IMG/VR virus record: IMGVR_UViG_2563366990_000016
Span: 1-8,320 of that record
Origin: a virus
Taxonomy: Duplodnaviria; Heunggongvirae; Uroviricota; Caudoviricetes
Strand: one strand, 5' to 3'
DNA: 8,320 nt
Of the stretch, positions 1 through 7,020 are shown piece after piece. The translations under genes were made by a program, and so were the position numbers. How positions within the stretch are numbered: the stretch's first letter is position 1; every line of letters starts with the position of its first letter. The notes below the pieces were generated by a model, which saw nothing but the letters and a program-made list of their open reading frames with translations, had not been told where the DNA came from and did not search any database.

Positions 1-1305
1 TATCCCAGGGACGGCATTCAGCAATATTTTTATGCCATCGCTGAAATTGATGAAGACGGCAACGTGACTGACCTGCGCCCCAGAGGAACCCCGGAAGAGC
101 GCCGCAGTCTGGACGCCCTGAAAAAACACGAGAAATCACGCAACCACCCGGACGCAACGCTGAAAGAAAAGGGCTTCACACAGTTAAGCAGCGCCACCAC
201 CAGTACATCAGAGACACAGGCAGCCACGCCAAAGGCTATAAAGATCGCCATGGACAACGCCGATGGCCGGCTTGCGAAAAACCGCAATGGTGAGGACATC
301 CCCAACAAAGAGCTGTTCCTGATCAACGTGGGCGCACCACGCGTTTATGCAAAAGACGGGTACGTGGGTGAAGCAGGGCAACGCTGGACAACAGAACAAT
401 TCGTGGAATGGCTGAATGAGCGTGGCGCCTTCAGACCAGGACTCTGGATATTCAAAGCCAATATTTCACTTTCCCGGCACAGCGTGCTCACTGATACGGG
501 CTATGGTGATATCTGCCTTGGAGGCTGCCTTATCGAAGTATCAGGCGACATCAACGGGGGGATCATCAGGATCACAACAGGTCTCGAAAGCCCAAACCCT
601 GCCGACATGTACCTCCGCACACAGTTCACCGGGGTTGTTTTAAATAAAGGGAAAAGCACCATCTGGTACCGCACTTACACGGACAAAAACAAACCCACAC
701 CACAGGACATCGGCGCACTGCCTGCAAGTGAGTTGTTACCCGCAGGCGTTCCCCTGCCGTGGCCGTCAGACACCCCGCCTGCCGGTTACGCCATCATGGT
801 GGGGCAGACATTCGATAAAGCACGATATCCCCTGCTGGCAAAAGCCTATCCGGATGGTCGTATCCCGGATATGCGTGGCTGGACAATCAAGGGAAAACCT
901 GCCAGCGGTCGTGCGGTATTGTCACAGGAACAGGACGGCATCAAATCCCACACCCACGGGGGGAGTGTCTCAAATACTGACCTTGGCACGAAAACGACCT
1001 CATCATTTGACTACGGAACCAAAACAACCTCTACAAACGGACAACATGAACACAGCGTCCCCCTGAGAAGACAAGATGGCGGAGGCATAAACTTTGACTG
1101 GCTGGATGGTTCATCGTCCGGTTCTCATATTGGTAATGGATACGTTCCTGCCGCAGGTGACCACCAACATACCGTACCCATTGGCGCACACACCCACACG
1201 CTCGCACTGGGTTCACATGGTCACGGCCTGACCATTAACCCCACCGGTAATGCCGAAAACACCGTTAAAAATATTGCATTTAACTACATCGTGAGGCTTG
1301 CATAA
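1..1305 (+). CDS. Phage side tail fibre protein, C-terminal ~435 aa; 5' end lies upstream of the window
   Basis: Frame 1 is open from nt 1 (no stop before the annotated GTG at 64). Translation carries the conserved tail-fibre motif block [52 protein letters not shown] (nt ~745-895), then five His-x-His motifs (HTH, HEH, HQH, HTHTL, HGH; nt ~950-1230) and a C-terminus [11 protein letters not shown], as recalled for P2 gpH / Mu S / lambda Stf-type fibres. Stop TAA at 1303-1305 overlaps the next start. Confidence 0.85.
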   Translation, partial: YPRDGIQQYFYAIAEIDEDGNVTDLRPRGTPEERRSLDALKKHEKSRNHPDATLKEKGFTQLSSATTSTSETQAATPKAIKIAMDNADGRLAKNRNGEDIPNKELFLINVGAPRVYAKDGYVGEAGQRWTTEQFVEWLNERGAFRPGLWIFKANISLSRHSVLTDTGYGDICLGGCLIEVSGDINGGIIRITTGLESPNPADMYLRTQFTGVVLNKGKSTIWYRTYTDKNKPTPQDIGALPASELLPAGVPLPWPSDTPPAGYAIMVGQTFDKARYPLLAKAYPDGRIPDMRGWTIKGKPASGRAVLSQEQDGIKSHTHGGSVSNTDLGTKTTSSFDYGTKTTSTNGQHEHSVPLRRQDGGGINFDWLDGSSSGSHIGNGYVPAAGDHQHTVPIGAHTHTLALGSHGHGLTINPTGNAENTVKNIAFNYIVRLA

Positions 1306-1901
1306 TGACCTTTAAAATGAGCGAACACCCACAGACAATTAAAATCTACAACCTGTCAGCCGGAACAAATGAATTTATCGGCGAAGGCGATGCCTGGATC
1401 CCTCCGCATACCGGACTGCCTGCGCACTCAACGGACATTGCCCCGCCTGACATTCCTGAAGGACACGTGGCTATCTTTGATGAGGATGAAAACACCTGGC
1501 AGCTCATGGAAGATCACCGGGGTAAAACCGTCTGGCGTCTGGAGTCGGGAAGCGCCTTACTGATTACTGAGCCGGGCCCGTTACCGGAAAACGTGACCAT
1601 AATAAAACCGGACGGGGAGTTCTGCCGCTGGGACGGGTCATCATGGGCTAAGGATGAAGCGGCAGAACAGGCTTACCGGGTGAGCGAGGCGGAGAATAAA
1701 AAACGGGAATTAATACAGGAAGCAACAAATACAATAAACATCCTTCAGGATGCCGTGGATTTAAATATGGCGACCGACGATGAAAGCGCCCTGCTTCCCC
1801 TGTGGAAAAAATACCGGGTATTACTGAGCCGGACAGACACGGGCAACGCGCCGGATATTGTCTGGCCTGAATCCCCTTCGCCGGATCATCACGCAGGCTG
1901 A
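1305..1901 (+). CDS. tfa: Phage tail fibre assembly protein (Tfa / gpG-like chaperone), 198 aa
   Basis: N-terminus [51 protein letters not shown] and the later [26 protein letters not shown] closely resemble Tfa proteins of E. coli prophages as I recall them. ATG overlaps the fibre stop by 1 nt (taATGa), the usual fibre/chaperone coupling. Confidence 0.85.
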   Translation: MTFKMSEHPQTIKIYNLSAGTNEFIGEGDAWIPPHTGLPAHSTDIAPPDIPEGHVAIFDEDENTWQLMEDHRGKTVWRLESGSALLITEPGPLPENVTIIKPDGEFCRWDGSSWAKDEAAEQAYRVSEAENKKRELIQEATNTINILQDAVDLNMATDDESALLPLWKKYRVLLSRTDTGNAPDIVWPESPSPDHHAG

Positions 1902-1912
1902 CCGGAGGCACC

Positions 1913-2638
1913 ATGACGTGGACAAGAAAAACAATCAGCGTCAGCGCTGACATGCCCCCGCTGAGCTGTTCCGTCATCCCCGTCACACCGTGGACTTACG
2001 GGCTGGGACGATATGAAGAATCGGGGGTATATTTAAGCCCTCCGAACGCCATAAACTGGCTGGCCGGGAAAATGGCCGGAAGCCGTGCATCCGGCGACGT
2101 GACCATTATCATGATTGCCGAAAACACCCACGATCTTTTTATACAGTCAATGGCGGCACTGACCGCCGTTCTGCCCGTGCCGGTATTCACGCAGGCACAG
2201 CGCATGGCACAGGCTGCCGCCAGTCTGAGCACTGACAAAATGCAAATCCCGATCACCACCGACACCCTGCCCGCACCTGTGCATCTTTCCGTTGCCACAA
2301 TGCGCAGCGCAGTCAGTGCCGCCCGTGCAGCACAGGCCAGGCAGCTGGCAGCACAACGCCCGGATGCCGCAGGGCTTCGCCGCCAGATAAGCCGCTTTAT
2401 CAGCAGACGGGCTGGCGCACTTGCCGGACTGGAAGAGGGGATCAGAACACTGGCAGAACAGAAGGCGCAGGCCTGGGTATTTCAGTACCGGGGGTATCAC
2501 CGCGCCGCAGCGGCGGCCATGGTGAAGGATATCCCGGCACCGACCGCCGTACATACCGTTGCCGCACTCCTGGCGGCAGACTCATTAACTGAACTGGGGA
2601 AAATGATCCATGAGCCAGACCGCACTGCTCGCCCTTGA
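1913..2638 (+). CDS. Hypothetical protein (241 aa, Ala-rich), co-transcribed with the tail fibre genes; function unknown
   Basis: ATG at 1913 preceded by GGAGG (1904-1908) and only 11 nt after the tfa stop. Same strand as flanking genes. The antisense ORFs across this span are Cys/Arg-rich and look spurious. No motif I can assign. Confidence 0.5.
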   Translation: MTWTRKTISVSADMPPLSCSVIPVTPWTYGLGRYEESGVYLSPPNAINWLAGKMAGSRASGDVTIIMIAENTHDLFIQSMAALTAVLPVPVFTQAQRMAQAAASLSTDKMQIPITTDTLPAPVHLSVATMRSAVSAARAAQARQLAAQRPDAAGLRRQISRFISRRAGALAGLEEGIRTLAEQKAQAWVFQYRGYHRAAAAAMVKDIPAPTAVHTVAALLAADSLTELGKMIHEPDRTARP

Positions 2639-3152
2639 TGGTGAGGGTATTTTCATGCAGAACATGGTGATTTCGCCCTCGATGCAGTTCCAGGAAAAGG
2701 ACCAGTCCGGCCAGACATCGAGCACCGCGAACGCCGAGCAGGGCATCAAGGCCAAAGAGCTTCGCGTAACCGGGATGATCACCTTTGACAATGAGCGGGC
2801 CCTTCAGCGCATTTTCCAGCTGGCCTCTGCCACCACCGGGGACGGTGCCCTGAAAGTTTACCGTATCGCAAACGCCACCGCTGCCGCCATTAACTTTCGT
2901 GAAGGGACATTTTCCGGGCAGATAGACGCACAGCAGCAGACCGACCGCCTCGCCTGGCAGGTCAGCTTCACATTACGCGAAAGACGAAGCGTACCGGAAA
3001 AACGCCAGGCACGCGCCACCCCCGCCAGCAGCCGTAAACAGACGCCGCAGACGCCCGGCGCAAAAGGCGGGACCGTGGCCGACGAAACACCGGAGAAAAT
3101 GACCTGGTTCGAAGAAAAGGTCCTCAAACCCGTCAATGATGCGCTGGAGTAA
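2610..3152 (+). CDS. Hypothetical protein (180 aa): ~120-aa N-terminal domain plus a charged, Pro/Gln/Lys/Arg-rich C-terminal tail; function unknown
   Basis: ATG at 2610 lies inside the 3' end of the previous ORF (29-nt overlap, different frame) with a purine-rich stretch GGGGAAAA upstream. Stop TAA at 3150-3152 is 2 nt before the next ATG, consistent with translational coupling. Confidence 0.5.
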   Translation: MSQTALLALDGEGIFMQNMVISPSMQFQEKDQSGQTSSTANAEQGIKAKELRVTGMITFDNERALQRIFQLASATTGDGALKVYRIANATAAAINFREGTFSGQIDAQQQTDRLAWQVSFTLRERRSVPEKRQARATPASSRKQTPQTPGAKGGTVADETPEKMTWFEEKVLKPVNDALE

Positions 3153-3154
3153 CC

Positions 3155-4828
3155 ATGAACCCCACTAAACGTCTGTTACTGGGTAACGACACCATTCAGC
3201 TGGTCAGTTGTTCCGTCATGCTTGAGCTGAACGCGTGCGGACGCGGATTTATCACAGCCAGAACAGAGCAGAACTACACCGGGCGCCCCGTTCGTCTCGA
3301 TATCGGATACGGAAACGACCTGGTGCGCTGGTTTACCGGATACGTTGAACGCAGCCAGCCCGCTGAAAACGGCTCGGTGCGGCTTCTGATTCGTGAAATG
3401 GCGGGGATCCTTGATCACCCCTTCCCCTGTTCATTTCAGCACCCGACAATGCGCACGGTCACACAGTGGCTGAGTGAGACCAGCGGGCTGGAAATCATCC
3501 TGCCGGACAACGCGGCTTACACTGACAGACCCGTTCCGCATTTCACACACAGCGGCACGGGCTACGAACTGCTGGCCAGTCTGGGGCGTATTTTCTCCGT
3601 ACCGGATTACATCTGGCATCCGTTACCGGACGGCGGCATTATGGCCGCTGCTGCCGCGCAGGGGATGTTTTCCGGTCGCCCCGTCACCATCCCGCACGAG
3701 TTCAGCCAGGCATCAACGGGCGGGCACAGTATGACCCTCCCGATGATTCAGACGCTGCGACCGGGTGTGGAGGTGAACGGTCAGCGCCTGACGATGGTCA
3801 TGCTGGAAGATGACAACATGACCATCACGTGGACACCACGCAATAAAGCCACCGGCGCCCCCCTCCAGAAGTCCCCTTTCCGTCGCCAGGCTGAAAAGGC
3901 CTTCCCTGAACTGGCATCAGGGCTTCACCTGCCCAAACTGGCACGTGTTGAGGCACCGACCGAAGCCGTCAGCGCGGGCAATATTGCCGACCCGTTCAGA
4001 CCCCGCTACGCGGTGAATCTCCAGCTGCTTGACGAGAACGGCAACCCGGCAGCAGATACGCCCGTCTATAACGCCGTTCCCCTCCCCGTTCCCATGGCGG
4101 GCAGTGAGTCCGGCATGTTCCAGTTCCCGCCACCCGGAACCCTGGTGGAAGTGGGATTTGTGGAAGGCCGGGCGGATAAGCCCTTCATCCGCCAGATAAT
4201 GGCAGAGGGCCACAATCTGCCCGACGTGAAGCCGGGCGAGCAGTTGCAGCAACAGCGCGACGGCGTATCGCAGCGCGTGACGGTCGCCGGAGACTGGGAG
4301 CGCCAGACAGACCAGCGGATACAGGAGACATCACGCGAGCGCGTGGTGAGCGCAGACGAGGAAAAGCGGAGCCTGACCAGCCGGGAGACCACCATACAGG
4401 CAACCGACACAACCACCGTCCTGGGCGTATCCACGCTTCAGGCTGGCGCGGTCACCCATATCACTGAAGAGAACTACAGCATCAGCACGGGCGGGCACAT
4501 GATGGTGGTTGCCGGTACCTGTGAGCGCGACGTGGAAGGCGACACCCAGGACACCGTGGGCGGCAGCCTTACCGAAAGGATTAAGGGCGTCCGTCACAGT
4601 ATTGCGCTGGCGCAGAAGCTGGTTGGCGATACGGTGAAGCTGGGAAACGAGGGCATTAATGTACTGACCATGCTGACGGACCTTGCCGATGTGGTGGAAG
4701 AGCTGGCAGATATTACGGCATCACATACCCACCCCAAAACGGGCACGTCTCCGCAGGCCGCACAGTTCAGCCAGGTCGCTCAGGAGTGCCGCCAGCTTAA
4801 AAATAAATATTCACCAATAATCGAGTAA
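3155..4828 (+). CDS. Putative phage baseplate central spike / hub-like protein (557 aa) with gp5/gpV/VgrG-type OB-fold and His-x-His C-terminal tip
   Basis: Residues ~305-355 (nt ~4070-4220) read VPLPVPMAGSESGMFQFPPPGTLVEVGFVEGRADKPFIRQIMAEGHN, matching the recalled OB-fold signature of gp5/gpV/VgrG spike proteins (P..G..V.V.F..G..D.P.I....N). The C-terminal part has Gly/Val/Thr-rich segments (VLGVSTLQAGAVTHI, GGHMMVVAG, VGGSLTERIKGV, VGDTVKLGNEG) and ends ITASHTHPKTGTSP. The N-terminal ~280 aa are unassigned. No Walker A or nuclease motif seen. Confidence 0.55.
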   Translation: MNPTKRLLLGNDTIQLVSCSVMLELNACGRGFITARTEQNYTGRPVRLDIGYGNDLVRWFTGYVERSQPAENGSVRLLIREMAGILDHPFPCSFQHPTMRTVTQWLSETSGLEIILPDNAAYTDRPVPHFTHSGTGYELLASLGRIFSVPDYIWHPLPDGGIMAAAAAQGMFSGRPVTIPHEFSQASTGGHSMTLPMIQTLRPGVEVNGQRLTMVMLEDDNMTITWTPRNKATGAPLQKSPFRRQAEKAFPELASGLHLPKLARVEAPTEAVSAGNIADPFRPRYAVNLQLLDENGNPAADTPVYNAVPLPVPMAGSESGMFQFPPPGTLVEVGFVEGRADKPFIRQIMAEGHNLPDVKPGEQLQQQRDGVSQRVTVAGDWERQTDQRIQETSRERVVSADEEKRSLTSRETTIQATDTTTVLGVSTLQAGAVTHITEENYSISTGGHMMVVAGTCERDVEGDTQDTVGGSLTERIKGVRHSIALAQKLVGDTVKLGNEGINVLTMLTDLADVVEELADITASHTHPKTGTSPQAAQFSQVAQECRQLKNKYSPIIE

Positions 4829-4842
4829 TTATTCACTTTAAC

Positions 4843-4867
4843 AGGCCGCGCAATGTGGCCTTTTTTA
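4843..4867 (+). terminator. Weak rho-independent terminator candidate after the tail operon
   Basis: AGGCC-gcgcaatgt-GGCCT short stem followed by TTTTTTATT (4861-4869), 15 nt after the stop at 4828. The stem is only 4-5 bp, so this is marginal. Confidence 0.35.
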
Positions 4868-4949
4868 TTCCCCCGACAATAAAAAATATTCATCACCGGA
4901 CATCACCCGCCACGAAAAAACCGTCCGCAGCAGAAAAAAAGATGGACGA

Positions 4950-5530
4950 AACGCCCCACGTAATCCCCACGTAAAACGTCGCGTAACGCCACGTAACGAA
5001 GAAATAATCCCGCCAGCCCGATTCGATCCCCTGACATCAGAAAACGATTTCTGCGCCCCAAAATCGCCGCAAATGGCCGGAAATTTTCGGGGGCGACGTA
5101 ACGCGTAAAGTGACGTAATCGGCGCTACCCCGCACACGCCTCCGGTATTTGTGTACGATAAATTTTGCAAATCGAAAGGGGTGCAAAACACCCCTCCAGG
5201 GCGCGCCATTACTGAGGTTTTCCCTTCTGAATGGTTTTGCACTTTGTGCAAGGTTTTGCAAAAGTGTGCAAAAACTCCGGCTTTCTGAGGATCCCGAAAA
5301 ATTTTAATGCACTGAATAACAAGAGATTTTTAAAATTACGTCACGATCGAAGATCTGAAAAAGGATCCGGTGACGAAAACGGAAAAATCAGGAAAACCAG
5401 AACTGGCGCGGCCTGGCGGGGAGTGGCAGCAAAAATCACTTTTGCACACTTTTGCACAACTGCTCCGAAAAAGGATGGCGAAGGGGAAGGAAAACAGCCG
5501 GATCATCCGTTGCACGTAACGGACGTAAAA
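4950..5530. repeat. Repeat-dense non-coding region: array of (C/G)ACGTAA heptamers, TTTTGCA(C/A) palindromes and phased A-tracts
   Basis: (C/G)ACGTAA at 4957, 4968, 4980, 4990 (spacing 10-12 bp), 5095, 5102, 5112, 5338 (inverted), 5513, 5522. TTTTGCA / TGCAAAA at 5163, 5182, 5235, 5247, 5254 (perfect palindrome TTTTGCAAAA 5254-5263), 5268, and a tandem CTTTTGCACA x2 at 5439-5458. Hairpin AGGGGTG-caaaa-CACCCCT at 5176-5195. A5-7 tracts roughly every 10-11 bp at 5372-5400. No convincing ORF. Confidence 0.5.
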
Positions 5531-5538
5531 GGTAAATT
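5510..5538 (+). promoter_or_regulatory. Putative sigma70 promoter for hok-like unit 1
   Basis: TTGCAC (5510-5515), 17-nt spacer, TAAATT (5533-5538), placed just 5' of where the duplicated unit begins (~5540). Pattern match only. Confidence 0.4.
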
Positions 5539-5690
5539 ACGCGCGGGTGCCTTTCGGCTGACGGCTGGAAGGAATACCTGAAGGCCGGATGTGAAAAGGC
5601 CCCGAGTCAACTAACGTTAACCCGAGGCCCTGACACTTCCTACCTGACAAGTGGAAGGTTAGCGCCTCCCTGTAAAAGGAGTCAAGCGCT

Positions 5691-5831
5691 ATGCCGCAAA
5701 AAACGATCATAGTGAGCATTTTATGCATAACTATTTTGATGATTGTCTGGATGATACACAAGTCACCGTGTGAGTTCAGGCTTAACATCATGTGGTCACA
5801 ATTTGCGGCGTTCTTGCAGTGTAAACAGTAA
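5691..5831 (+). CDS. hok: Hok/Gef-family type I toxin, HokA/PndA-like small membrane peptide (46 aa), copy 1
   Basis: Not in the ORF track (too short). AAGGAG at 5677-5682 sits 8 nt before ATG 5691. Translation MPQKTIIVSILCITILMIVWMIHKSPCEFRLNIMWSQFAAFLQCKQ has the Hok architecture: N-terminal MPQK, one hydrophobic helix, then K-S-x-C-E and AAFL-x-CK, resembling HokA/PndA as recalled. A ~145-nt leader precedes it. Confidence 0.75.
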   Translation: MPQKTIIVSILCITILMIVWMIHKSPCEFRLNIMWSQFAAFLQCKQ

Positions 5832-5921
5832 GAAACCGCAGCGGGGGTGAAAGCCCCCGCTATCCGGTTGCCGGGTTCGGTCGATATGGCACCCCTTTCT
5901 CCATTGGATTACAGACGTATT

Positions 5922-5947
5922 TGCCCGCAATATGCGGGCGTTTTTTT
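5922..5947 (+). terminator. Rho-independent terminator of hok-like unit 1
   Basis: GCCCGCA-ata-TGCGGGC stem-loop (5923-5939) followed by GTTTTTTT (5940-5947). Confidence 0.65.
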
Positions 5948-5964
5948 ACCGTCCCCCTCAAGCA

Positions 5965-5993
5965 TTGCGCACACAAAGGGAAATCAGTACATT
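5965..5993 (+). promoter_or_regulatory. Putative sigma70 promoter for hok-like unit 2
   Basis: TTGCGC (5965-5970), 17-nt spacer, TACATT (5988-5993), just 5' of the second unit. Confidence 0.4.
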
Positions 5994-6148
5994 ACACGCG
6001 GGTGCCTTTCGGCTGATGGCTGGAAGGATTACCTGAAGGCCGGATGTGGAAAGGCCCCGGAGTCAACTTTAATGTTAACCCGAGGCCCTGACCATCTACC
6101 CTAAGCAAGTGGAAGGTTAGCGCCTCCCTGTAAAAGGAGTCAAGCGCT

Positions 6149-6289
6149 ATGCCGCAAAAAACGATCATCGTGAGCATTTTATGCTTAACCATGTTGTTGA
6201 CTGTCTGGATGATACACCGTTCTCCGTGTGAGTTCAGACTTAACATCATGTGGTCAGAATTTGCGGCGTTCTTGCAGTGTAAACCGTAA
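6149..6289 (+). CDS. hok: Hok/Gef-family type I toxin, HokA/PndA-like (46 aa), copy 2
   Basis: AAGGAG then ATG at 6149. Translation MPQKTIIVSILCLTMLLTVWMIHRSPCEFRLNIMWSEFAAFLQCKP, a handful of substitutions from copy 1. Not in the ORF track. Confidence 0.75.
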   Translation: MPQKTIIVSILCLTMLLTVWMIHRSPCEFRLNIMWSEFAAFLQCKP

Positions 6290-6486
6290 GAAACCGCAGC
6301 GGGGGTGAAAGCCCCCGCTATCCGGTTGCCAAAGGTTCGGTCGAAAGTCGCACCCTCACACAAAAGGCACAAAGAAAAATAAATATCCTCCGGCATAGCC
6401 GGAGGTTTTTCAAATGCGCCTATAAGGCTCTCTTACCAGCCGCGCCCTAACAGGCGCACACGATCTGACATTTGCATCCAACTTCG

Positions 6487-6945
6487 TTACTTACGGCCCG
6501 TAAACGGGCTGCCCGGATAGGGAATCGATAACTGCTCTCCCATTTTATCCTCTTCAAGCTGGTGCTTTATGTAATCCTGTATCTTCGCCGTGTTCTTACC
6601 CACCGTATCGACGTAGTACCCTCTGCACCAGAACTCTCTGTTCCTGTATTTGAATTTCAAATCACCAAACTGCTCGTAAAGCATCAGACTGCTTTTCCCT
6701 TTCAGATATCCCATAAAGCCGGATACACTCATTTTGGGCGGGATCTCCACAAGCATATGGATATGATCTGCACAGCATTCAGCTTCAAGAATCCGTACGC
6801 TTTTCCACTCACACAGCTTTCTCAAAATACTGCCTATTGCTCTACGCTTCTCTCTGTAGAACACTTGTCTTCGGTATTTTGGCGCAAAAACTATGTGATA
6901 TTTACAGTTCCATCGGGTGTGCGCTAAGCTCTTTTCGTTCCCCAT
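6487..6945 (-). CDS. tnpA: IS200 transposase TnpA (Y1 HUH transposase), 152 aa
   Basis: Translation from the internal Met (MGNEKSLAHTRWNCKYHIVFAPKYRRQ...HIHMLVEIPPK...GYYVDTVGKNTAKIQDYIKHQLEEDK) carries the HUH motif (HIH) and the catalytic tyrosine region, and matches IS200 TnpA as I recall it. The annotated ORF start at 6996 is an upstream extension. The ATG codon spans 6943-6945 and is preceded by GGGGG. Confidence 0.9.
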   Translation of the reverse strand: MGNEKSLAHTRWNCKYHIVFAPKYRRQVFYREKRRAIGSILRKLCEWKSVRILEAECCADHIHMLVEIPPKMSVSGFMGYLKGKSSLMLYEQFGDLKFKYRNREFWCRGYYVDTVGKNTAKIQDYIKHQLEEDKMGEQLSIPYPGSPFTGRK

Positions 6946-6950
6946 TGGGA

Positions 6951-7020
6951 CCCCCTTTTGATTTCTTGTTTGACACTTGCAGTTGCCAGACCGCAAGGTG
7001 TTTTAACAAATCAAAAGGGG
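6951..7020 (-). promoter_or_regulatory. IS200 5' leader stem-loop that sequesters the tnpA ribosome-binding site
   Basis: CCCCCTTTTGATTT (6951-6964) is complementary to AAATCAAAAGGGG (7008-7020). The arm next to the start codon contains the GGGGG Shine-Dalgarno on the minus strand. This fits the known translational repression structure of IS200. Confidence 0.5.

Larger units (their letters stand above)
5537..6386 (+). repeat. Tandem duplication (~455-bp period) of a hok-like type I toxin locus; unit 1 ~5537-5950, unit 2 ~5995-6386
   Basis: Near-identical ~350-bp cores at 5540-5885 and 5995-6345, each holding leader, 46-aa ORF and the 3' hairpin AGCGGGGG-tgaaa-CCCCCGCT (5840-5860 / 6298-6318). 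Flanks have diverged. Confidence 0.8.

Noticed and set aside
30-1986. Short ORFs overlapping the fibre and tfa genes in other frames (30-326, 208-399, 416-643, 728-1066, 1031-1216, 1369-1563, 1648-1986)
   Set aside because: All are embedded in the two well-supported tail genes and have no start signals.
1996-4597. Antisense and alternate-frame ORFs within the three-gene cassette
   Set aside because: Cys/Arg-rich or low-complexity translations opposite the operon strand; the plus-strand ORFs have ribosome-binding sites and coupled spacing.
1913-4828. ATPase or nuclease-based defence system in the cassette
   Set aside because: No Walker A motif or nuclease motif is visible, and the last protein carries a structural spike signature. 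Cargo remains possible, but a classical enzymatic defence system is not supported.
5005-5035. tRNA 3' fragment or att core (gattcgatcccc resembles a T-loop)
   Set aside because: No flanking complementary arms form a T-stem, and no direct repeat partner is visible in the window.
4865-5251. 128-aa minus-strand ORF (and the overlapping 74-aa ORF at 5037-5261)
   Set aside because: No start context and an odd composition across the ACGTAA repeat array; most likely a chance open frame.
5420-5448. Sigma54 promoter (TGGCAG ... TTGCA)
   Set aside because: The GG and GC elements are 19 nt apart, not the required 12.
4950-5530. CRISPR array
   Set aside because: The repeats are 7-10 bp, irregularly spaced and of mixed orientation, with no unique spacers of constant length.
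5231-5581. 116-aa plus-strand ORF in the repeat-dense region
   Set aside because: Low-complexity translation that tracks the TTTTGCA and A-tract repeats, with no ribosome-binding site; treated as regulatory or repeat DNA.
5537-5791. 84-aa minus-strand ORF across hok-like unit 1
   Set aside because: It is antisense to the leader and start of the Shine-Dalgarno-led 46-aa Hok-type ORF, has no ribosome-binding site, and exists in both units only because of the duplication.
5847-6104. 85-aa plus-strand ORF spanning the junction between the two hok units
   Set aside because: It runs through the unit-1 terminator and the unit-2 promoter; implausible as a gene.
5992-6396. 134-aa minus-strand ORF across hok-like unit 2
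   Set aside because: Same reasoning as for unit 1. It also runs into the IS200 right-end hairpin.
6946-6996. N-terminal extension of tnpA (MRSGNCKCQTRNQKGVP)
   Set aside because: The conserved IS200 TnpA starts at MGNEKS with GGGGG just upstream. The extension lies inside the leader stem-loop that masks the ribosome-binding site.
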